From Chloroflexota bacterium (GTDB lineage Bacteria; Chloroflexota; Dehalococcoidia; SZUA-161), in the NCBI GenBank assembly GCA_034189725.1, contig JAXHUK010000026.1, positions 1 to 40,435 of the forward strand: 40,435 nucleotides of DNA, written 5' to 3'. The notes under the pieces were generated by a model. That model was not told the DNA's origin. It made no database searches and saw only the letters and a list, made by a program, of their open reading frames with translations. Shown here piece by piece: positions 33,757-40,435 of the stretch; positions within the stretch are counted from its first letter, which is position 1, and the number at the start of each line of letters is the position of its first letter. Made by a program: the position numbers and the translations under genes.

Positions 33757-36700
33757 TCAGACCGCTCGGACTATGCGCTGTTCTCCCAAAACCAGGGGAA
33801 TATCTACAACAAAGGTTGCCCCTTTGCCTAGTTTGCTCCTCGCATATATATGACCACCATGCTCCTGGATAATCCCAAAACAGATACTGAGCCCCAGACC
33901 TGTCCCCTTCCCCACCTCCTTGGTGGTAAAGAAGGGATCGAATATTCTATCTCGGTCATCCTCCGATATGCCCGGACCATCATCGGCAAAGGTCACGCGT
34001 ATCATCTTGCTCATCTTCTGGGTTTTGATGGAGAGCTTGCCTCTCTCCCGGAACTCAGTGATCGCCTGTTCAGCATTGGTGATAATGTTGACAAAGACCT
34101 GCTGCATCTGATGGAAATCGGCCATTATCATTGGTAGCTCAGGATCCAGTTCCGTCATCATCTCGATATTTTTACCTCTAAGACGGTACGAGTGAAGTTC
34201 CAGACTCTCCAGAATTGCTTCATTTATCGAGATGAGGCGTTTATTGGGTTTCTCTCTACGGGCAAAGGAAAGTAACTTGCCGGTGATCTTAGTAGTACGC
34301 TGAGCCTCTCTGTAGATTATATTCACATCTCGCTTTATAGACTCATCCACATCATCCCTCGCGGTTAAAAACTGAGCGAATGCTTGTACCGCAGTAAGCG
34401 GATTATTCAACTCATGCGCGACACCTGCGGCCAGCTCACCAACGGCAGCCAATCGCCCTGCAAGTTGTAACTGCTCTTCCAGCCGCTGTCTCTCTTCCTC
34501 GGCCTCTCTGCGTTCAGTGATATCACGTGTCACTCCCAACATCCCAACGGGCTTGTTCGCTTCATTGCGCAGAAGCGTTACTTTTACTTCAGTCCAGATC
34601 GTTGAACCATCTTTGCGAAACTGCTCCACCTCTAGCACACGCGACCTGAACAGGTCCTTATCTTTCATCTTTTCTATGGCGGCTTCTTCTGCAAGAACCT
34701 TCAGGGCATCTTCAAGTGATCCCGGGGGCAGCATTCCCTCTAACCTTAACGCCAACGCCTCTTCAACACTGTAACCCAACAAACGTGTAATCGAGGGGCT
34801 AAAATAGGTAAATCGCAATTTCATATCACAGATCCATATCACATCTGTCACATTCTCGGCAAGCAAACGGTAGTGCGCCTCACTTTCCTGCAAAGCCTGC
34901 TCAGCCTGCTTTCTCTCGGTAATATTGCGGAAATTGACAATTATGCCATCAACCTTTTTCTCATTGAGCAGATTACTTCCAACACTCTCGATCACCCGCC
35001 ATGTACCATCTTTATGCAAAAAACGGCCTTCCGTGGTTACGGCCCGCCCTGGACTATAGGCAAATCCACGGAAAACGCTCCTAAACAACTTTATATCGTC
35101 CGCATGAAGTAATTCAATCACTACTCTGCCAATTAATTCCTCAGCTTTATAACCCAGTACTCGTTCGACAGATGAACTGACATAGCGGACGATCCCCTTA
35201 TCGTTTAAAATCGCAATAGCATCCAGAGAGTTCTCAATAAGCGCCCGGAAATACTCCTCGCTTTCCTTCAGCGCCTCCTCCGCCCGCTTGCGCTCTGTGA
35301 TATCTCGGGCGATTCCAATGAACTCAACTTTTTCTCCCTGTCTAACCCTGTGAAGGGTTACTTCAACAAACGCAATCGTCCCATCTGGCTTATTAAGCTC
35401 AATCACCTCTCTATCGGGGTCCATTCCCCCAGCGCTAACCTCTACCATCTGCAACGCCTTCGCCAGATGGCACGGAGAAATGATGCCGAGGTTCTGAAAA
35501 CCACTCCCAAGTACTTTTTCTCTCTTATATCCAATCATGGCTTCCGTCGCTTCGTTTATATACAATATCATCCCGTCAGAATCGCAGACAAATATAGATT
35601 CAGGGCTATTCTCCATATAGGTCTTCAGCTTTTCCTCTGACTCTCGAAGCGCTTGCTCCGCCTGCATACGTACCACTGCTTTGCCAATCTGGATAGCCAT
35701 AATCTCAAGCGCCTCACGCGCAAACATCGGCAACTCGTCTATCGTATAGGATGCAGCGTTTAGAGAGCCAACAACCCTATCCTCATCAAATACCGGAATG
35801 ATACTGATAGCGCGCAATCCCTCTTGTCGCTCAGCCTCGGCCATATTGACATCCAGATTATCATGCCTGGTATGAACTGGTTTGCCCTCGTTAACCAGAC
35901 GTGCATTGTCCGAATCTGCACTAAAGCGCGTTGCGGCGTCTACAAAAGCAGCAGGTAATCCTTTATGAAATACGAGTTCGAAATCCCCCGATGTCCTGTC
36001 AACAAGATAGATACCGCCGCAATCCATATCCGAAACATCAAGAGCTGCCTCCAGACAAAGACGTAGTCCGTCACTAAGCCCACTTGCAGTATTAAGTGAC
36101 ATATCCAGATCGCGTTGCACCTGAATCAAATGCTCCGCCCTCTTGCGCTCTGTCACATCGTGCAAGTTGATTACAATACCTTCCACAGCCGGATTATTGA
36201 GCAAATTGTTCCCATTCACTTCAAGAGTACGCCACGAACCATCTCTGTGCATAATACGCGCCTCTACGTGTATAACAGCATCTTCATTGTGAACTAACTG
36301 CGTAAATCTGGTGGTTGCCACATGAAGATCATCCGGATGAACATGTTCAAATATACTGCAGCCCAAGCGTTCCTCCGGTATAAATCCCAGCATACGTACT
36401 ATGGACGGGCTTTCGTAAAGTATGTGCCCTTCGGTGTCTACAAAGAGCGTGGCATCCCATGAGTTCTCAATGAGTGCACGGAAATACTGCTCCTGTCGAT
36501 GCAATTTACTCTCCGCCTTCTTGCGCTCAGTGATGTCCTGAATTATGACTATCTCTCCAAGTATCTTCCCATTTGGCCCTTTGATCCCTGATGCCGAATA
36601 GGTACAAGGTACCTTCTCCCCTCTACCATTCACCAGCTCCAATTCCATAGCTGACACTGATATACCAGTTTGTAGACGATTTTTCGATCGTTCCAGGGCT

Positions 36701-37854
36701 ACAGGTTCAAACTCCGACGACAGCCGACCATACTCCTTAATAAGCGTTTCCAAAGACTTCCCCAGTATATCGTCTGGTGTTACTCCATAGAACTTGCAGA
36801 ATGCCTCATTGACATAACTGAAGGTAGTGTCAGGATTGATGGTGAGCACTATATCAGGCACACTATCCATAATGGATTCAGTATACGCTTTCTCCTGTAA
36901 CAACCGCTCCTCAGTTTGCTTGCGCTCAAGAGCATTACTGATGATTCCTGAAACGACGCGAAGCAATGACATCTCAGCATCGCCCCATCCCCCGGTTTCC
37001 GTGACATTATCCAGCCCGATGATTCCCACCAACCTGCCATCATTATGTATCGGCAACATCAAGATCGACTTGATATCCTGCTTCTCAAGCATTACCCTCT
37101 CAAGATCCGCCTCATCGGGTAATTTGGAGACATCCTTAATATGAATCACTCCATTTTCATATATCCCTTCTTGTAACCAGGTAAACACCTCTGTGGGAAT
37201 GCCCTTGAGGTTCTCAATTTGCGCACTTACGCCTTCAGCACACCATTCATGAGTATTGTCTACCGTTATGCCATCTTCATTTATAAGAAACACATAAGAA
37301 CGGCCTGCCCCGCTCAATACGCCGATGTCGGCAAGCGAAGCATTGATAGCACCATCAATATCCGTGATACCAGTGAACCGGGTGGAGATGCGGGAAACGG
37401 TCTCTTCAAATTTTAGCTTATGCCGAATGACCATTTCGGCTATTTTTTGCTCTGAGACGTCACTGGCTATCACTCCGAGACCGTTATCTATCTTGAATGC
37501 CTTGAGATTCACGTAGAATGTAGGAAACTCCAGATTGGGAAGAATGTTGTCAACGGCAAATGGCCTGCCGGTTTTGATAACGTCGAGTAATCTACCATGC
37601 AATCCCGACTGTTTAACAGCAGGAATTATGTCAACCATATTCTTTCCAACGAGGTCTTCCCTCCTTACCTTAAACAATCTCTCAGCTGCAGAATTTATAC
37701 TTATGAAGTCAAGGTGCTCATCCAGTAAACCGAACGCATCCATAGATGATTCCATGAAGTAGCTGAATCTGGGCTTTAGCCTGTTCGCCAGTTGAGTCAA
37801 AGGTCGTGGAAATTCATTGAGTACGGTTTTGCTTCTTTCTGCCATGTTCTGCAT
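33757..37854 (-). CDS. Giant cytoplasmic multi-PAS/GAF sensor histidine kinase
   Basis: 1365 aa with repeated PAS-boundary signatures (DITERK/DVTERK/NITERK at least six times) and GAF-like blocks. The H-box is GVAHELNNPL and the HATPase motifs are DDGPGI and GTGLGLSI. The start is uncertain (37854 or 37845) and overlaps the upstream HTH gene. Confidence 0.92.
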   Translation of the reverse strand: MQNMAERSKTVLNEFPRPLTQLANRLKPRFSYFMESSMDAFGLLDEHLDFISINSAAERLFKVRREDLVGKNMVDIIPAVKQSGLHGRLLDVIKTGRPFAVDNILPNLEFPTFYVNLKAFKIDNGLGVIASDVSEQKIAEMVIRHKLKFEETVSRISTRFTGITDIDGAINASLADIGVLSGAGRSYVFLINEDGITVDNTHEWCAEGVSAQIENLKGIPTEVFTWLQEGIYENGVIHIKDVSKLPDEADLERVMLEKQDIKSILMLPIHNDGRLVGIIGLDNVTETGGWGDAEMSLLRVVSGIISNALERKQTEERLLQEKAYTESIMDSVPDIVLTINPDTTFSYVNEAFCKFYGVTPDDILGKSLETLIKEYGRLSSEFEPVALERSKNRLQTGISVSAMELELVNGRGEKVPCTYSASGIKGPNGKILGEIVIIQDITERKKAESKLHRQEQYFRALIENSWDATLFVDTEGHILYESPSIVRMLGFIPEERLGCSIFEHVHPDDLHVATTRFTQLVHNEDAVIHVEARIMHRDGSWRTLEVNGNNLLNNPAVEGIVINLHDVTERKRAEHLIQVQRDLDMSLNTASGLSDGLRLCLEAALDVSDMDCGGIYLVDRTSGDFELVFHKGLPAAFVDAATRFSADSDNARLVNEGKPVHTRHDNLDVNMAEAERQEGLRAISIIPVFDEDRVVGSLNAASYTIDELPMFAREALEIMAIQIGKAVVRMQAEQALRESEEKLKTYMENSPESIFVCDSDGMILYINEATEAMIGYKREKVLGSGFQNLGIISPCHLAKALQMVEVSAGGMDPDREVIELNKPDGTIAFVEVTLHRVRQGEKVEFIGIARDITERKRAEEALKESEEYFRALIENSLDAIAILNDKGIVRYVSSSVERVLGYKAEELIGRVVIELLHADDIKLFRSVFRGFAYSPGRAVTTEGRFLHKDGTWRVIESVGSNLLNEKKVDGIIVNFRNITERKQAEQALQESEAHYRLLAENVTDVIWICDMKLRFTYFSPSITRLLGYSVEEALALRLEGMLPPGSLEDALKVLAEEAAIEKMKDKDLFRSRVLEVEQFRKDGSTIWTEVKVTLLRNEANKPVGMLGVTRDITERREAEEERQRLEEQLQLAGRLAAVGELAAGVAHELNNPLTAVQAFAQFLTARDDVDESIKRDVNIIYREAQRTTKITGKLLSFARREKPNKRLISINEAILESLELHSYRLRGKNIEMMTELDPELPMIMADFHQMQQVFVNIITNAEQAITEFRERGKLSIKTQKMSKMIRVTFADDGPGISEDDRDRIFDPFFTTKEVGKGTGLGLSICFGIIQEHGGHIYARSKLGKGATFVVDIPLVLGEQRIVRAV

Positions 37855-38128
37855 CCCTTCGTGATGTAATATGTTCGTTCACCCTTGTACCTACAGGAAT
37901 TTTTATACCCTCAACGTCCGAGTATGAACTACTGGTAGATTCATCCAGAAAGCGCAGAACATCCTCGGATTGGTACCTCCTGTCACCTCGGGATCCGACA
38001 CGGTAGAATTTCAGCATTCCCTTATCGCTCCAACGCCTCACAGTACATATGCTTACCTGCAAGAAGTCAGCCACCTGGCGCGTCGTCAACATACTGTCGA
38101 GCGATGTCTTGTTAACAGTCTGCTTCAC
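37814..38128 (-). CDS. Excisionase/MerR-like HTH DNA-binding protein, paralog of 28451-28720; first gene of the kinase operon
   Basis: LTTRQVADFLQVSICTVRRWSDKGMLKFYRVGSRGDRRYQSEDVLRFL matches 26 of 48 positions in my manual alignment to the other HTH. The start is GTG at 38128 (7 nt after GGGAGG) or GTG at 38137. Confidence 0.78.
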   Translation of the reverse strand: MKQTVNKTSLDSMLTTRQVADFLQVSICTVRRWSDKGMLKFYRVGSRGDRRYQSEDVLRFLDESTSSSYSDVEGIKIPVGTRVNEHITSRRDAEHGRKKQNRTQ

Positions 38129-38211
38129 CAATCTCACCTCCCATATTTATAACGAACTAGTGGATACCTACAATAACCTATCAAACATTAGCACACGTCA
38201 TATCATGTACA

Positions 38212-38321
38212 CAATAGTACTTTTTTACTGTTACCACCAATCAATAGTACTTAAGGGTCATTCTCATGCTGTATTCTTATATCCCGCTTCTGTGTTACAT
38301 ATCCTTTTCAAATTAGTACTA
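38212..38321. promoter_or_regulatory. Three AGTACT-core boxes in the divergent control region
   Basis: CAATAGTACTT occurs at 38212-38222 and 38242-38252, 30 bp apart. The palindrome TAGTACTA lies at 38314-38321. Confidence 0.4.
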
Positions 38322-38538
38322 TTTTCTCATTCCATAGACAACACAAGGGTTATTGATAACCTACTCTAAGCTCTGCTAAGCTGCATTTAGGGTACAAATA
38401 TTCCCTGTATAGCAGAATAGGGCAGTCAACCAGCTCGTATGCTCATTTTATTTTAGATAACGGGCATTAGTGATCGAAACCTGTAACAAGGCACGTTGCT
38501 GTTCTCGATAAACTAATCTGTATCAAGAGAGAGGCAGA

Positions 38539-40435
38539 ATGACCGAATCCAGAGGAACCATATTGATCGTGGATGATGAGGAATCGATCAGGGAAGGTAT
38601 TTCGGCAAAATTGCGTTTGGAAGGCTTCAGTTGTGTGACCGCAGCCGACGGCAAAAAAGCCCTGGAAACCGCGTCCACGCAAGATTTCGATATAGTCTTA
38701 CTTGACGTAAAGATGCCCGGCATGTCCGGGCTTGATGTGCTTCCGCGAATCGTCACCGACTATCCCGATACCGCTGTGATTATGCTCAGTGCAATGGTTG
38801 ACACCGAATCGGCTGTCGAGGCCATGAGGTTAGGGGCATACGACTATATTACCAAACCTGTGGCTCTCACCACCCTGACTATGCGGATAGAGAACACTCT
38901 GGAACGTAGAGGATTATCATTAGAAAGGAGAAGCTACCAACGCCGCTGGGCTGACATTGTACTCCAGCAAAGCGAAAAAACGTACAGGAGTCTCTTCGAA
39001 TACGCACTTGACAGCATGGCTGTTGTTAATCCCGACGACATGAGAGTTCTCCTATGCAATCAATCCTGTGCCAGATTATATGGATTCGCTTCTCCTGACG
39101 AAGTAATCGGATTGAGTGTATTCCACTTCGTGCATCCCAATAATAGAGAGCAGTTTCTCAGTGTTATCGAAGAAGTGCTACACAAGCGACCAAGCGATAC
39201 ATCCAGCAGCGACACGCATCAGACATATGAATCACTGTCAATGAACAATAGTGGCCAGGAGATGTGGATAAAAACTGCCGCTATAAAAGTAGATTATCAG
39301 GGAAGCCCAGCAGTATTGATCTCAGCTTGCGACATCACCGACCGTAAACGTGCAGAGGATGAGACCATCCGCACCATCAACTACCTTGATGCAATCATCA
39401 ACTCGGCCACTGATTTCTATATCGCTACATCCGACCTCAAAGGATCTATAACGTCCTGGAATAAGGGCGCTGAGCTCATTATGGGGTATGCTGCTGACGA
39501 GGTTGTGGGCAAGATGAATGTTTCACAACTGGTATCACAAGAGGCAGTGGCATCAGGAGTCTTAGGAAAAGGGGCAAAAAACCTCCTGAAACAGGGTAGT
39601 ATTACGGTTGAGACAGAATTCTCGAGGAAGGACGGGCAAGTATTCCCGGCACTCCTCAACGTGACGCAACTTAAAGACGGGCATGGTACCATCATGGGAA
39701 CGCTGGCAATTGTGCAGGATATCACCGAGTACAAACATGCAGAAAACAAGCTGCGACAAGAGAAAGCATACACAGAATCCGTCGTGAGCAGTATACCCGA
39801 GATGGTCATTACCATTGATGCCAACAGGAATGTCACATACGTCAACGATGCATTCGCTCACTTCTTGGGAGTAGACCTAAAGGTCCTCAAGGGAAGACAA
39901 GTAGATCAACTAATCACAGAGTTTAATCTAATCCCACCAGAGTCAGCAGCTATAATTATTGAGAGGATAAAACAGCGCCTGCAAACCGGTGATCAAATCA
40001 GCAGCGTGGAACTGGAGATGCAAAACAGCGAAGGTGAAAAGGTCCCGGTAACCTATTCGGCATCAGGGATCAAAGGCCGTGATGGCGAGGTGTTAGGCGA
40101 GGTAGTCATCATCCAGGACATTACCGAGCGCAAGAAAACAGAGATAGAAAGAGAAGGCCTGCTGAACGAACTGGAAATGTCCAATGGAAAACTGAAACAG
40201 TCAAATCAGGAGCTTCAGGATTTCGTCTACATTGCCTCCCATGACCTGAGAGAGCCTCTACGCAAAATATCATCCTTTGGCGGGATTCTCGTCAAATCGC
40301 TGGAGGGCAAATTGGATGAAGACCAGCAAGAAAACTTTAGCTATATGATAAACGGGGCTAACCGCATGCAACAGATGATCGATGCTCTCTTGCTCTACTC
40401 TCGAATTACCACTAGAGCCAAACCATTCAGCATTG
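38539..40435 (+). CDS. Hybrid REC-PAS(x3-4)-HisKA sensor histidine kinase; partial, runs off the right edge
   Basis: It is not in the ORF track because no stop is reached. ATG at 38539 follows AGAGAGAGG. The REC domain is TILIVDDEESIRE...LLDVKMPGMSG...YDYITKP. The PAS boundaries are DITDRK, DITEYK and DITERK, and the H-box is FVYIASHDLREPLRKI. Confidence 0.88.
   Translation, partial: MTESRGTILIVDDEESIREGISAKLRLEGFSCVTAADGKKALETASTQDFDIVLLDVKMPGMSGLDVLPRIVTDYPDTAVIMLSAMVDTESAVEAMRLGAYDYITKPVALTTLTMRIENTLERRGLSLERRSYQRRWADIVLQQSEKTYRSLFEYALDSMAVVNPDDMRVLLCNQSCARLYGFASPDEVIGLSVFHFVHPNNREQFLSVIEEVLHKRPSDTSSSDTHQTYESLSMNNSGQEMWIKTAAIKVDYQGSPAVLISACDITDRKRAEDETIRTINYLDAIINSATDFYIATSDLKGSITSWNKGAELIMGYAADEVVGKMNVSQLVSQEAVASGVLGKGAKNLLKQGSITVETEFSRKDGQVFPALLNVTQLKDGHGTIMGTLAIVQDITEYKHAENKLRQEKAYTESVVSSIPEMVITIDANRNVTYVNDAFAHFLGVDLKVLKGRQVDQLITEFNLIPPESAAIIIERIKQRLQTGDQISSVELEMQNSEGEKVPVTYSASGIKGRDGEVLGEVVIIQDITERKKTEIEREGLLNELEMSNGKLKQSNQELQDFVYIASHDLREPLRKISSFGGILVKSLEGKLDEDQQENFSYMINGANRMQQMIDALLLYSRITTRAKPFSI

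Overview
This window looks like a bacterial chromosome segment, possibly Chloroflexota-like, though that placement is a guess. Bacterial markers are lipB-lipA, a CDF transporter, mutS, an RsuA/RluB-type pseudouridine synthase, an OmpR-type two-component system, a MacB/HlyD-type efflux operon and a lipobox lipoprotein. The main feature is a tightly packed minus-strand operon at about 21.7-28.7 kb that reads gene by gene like an archaeal flagellum (archaellum) locus. It runs excisionase-type HTH, archaellin (ArlB/FlaB), ArlC/D/E-like, ArlF-like, ArlG-like, ArlH (KaiC-like ATPase), ArlI (FlaI ATPase) and ArlJ (FlaJ membrane platform), followed by an acidic tandem-repeat protein. A sensory cluster lies nearby at 33-40.4 kb. 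It holds a paralogous HTH, a 1365-aa multi-PAS/GAF histidine kinase, a stand-alone receiver and a divergent REC-PAS histidine kinase that runs off the right edge. A small accessory islet between the efflux operon and mutS carries a single-polypeptide ABC-ATPase + DUF4435/TOPRIM-like gene (fused PARIS-like defence candidate). It is bracketed by 26-bp perfect direct repeats and followed by hicB-hicA. Other items are a DUF433/DUF5615 toxin-antitoxin-like pair sitting between N- and C-terminal stubs of a restriction-modification-like gene, and two promoters sharing an identical 26-nt box plus OmpR-like direct repeats. The two-component system is flanked by clusters of palindromic MITE/REP-like intergenic repeats. 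I saw no rRNA, tRNA, CRISPR array, integrase or transposase. All family assignments come from reading the translations by eye and need HMM or BLAST confirmation.
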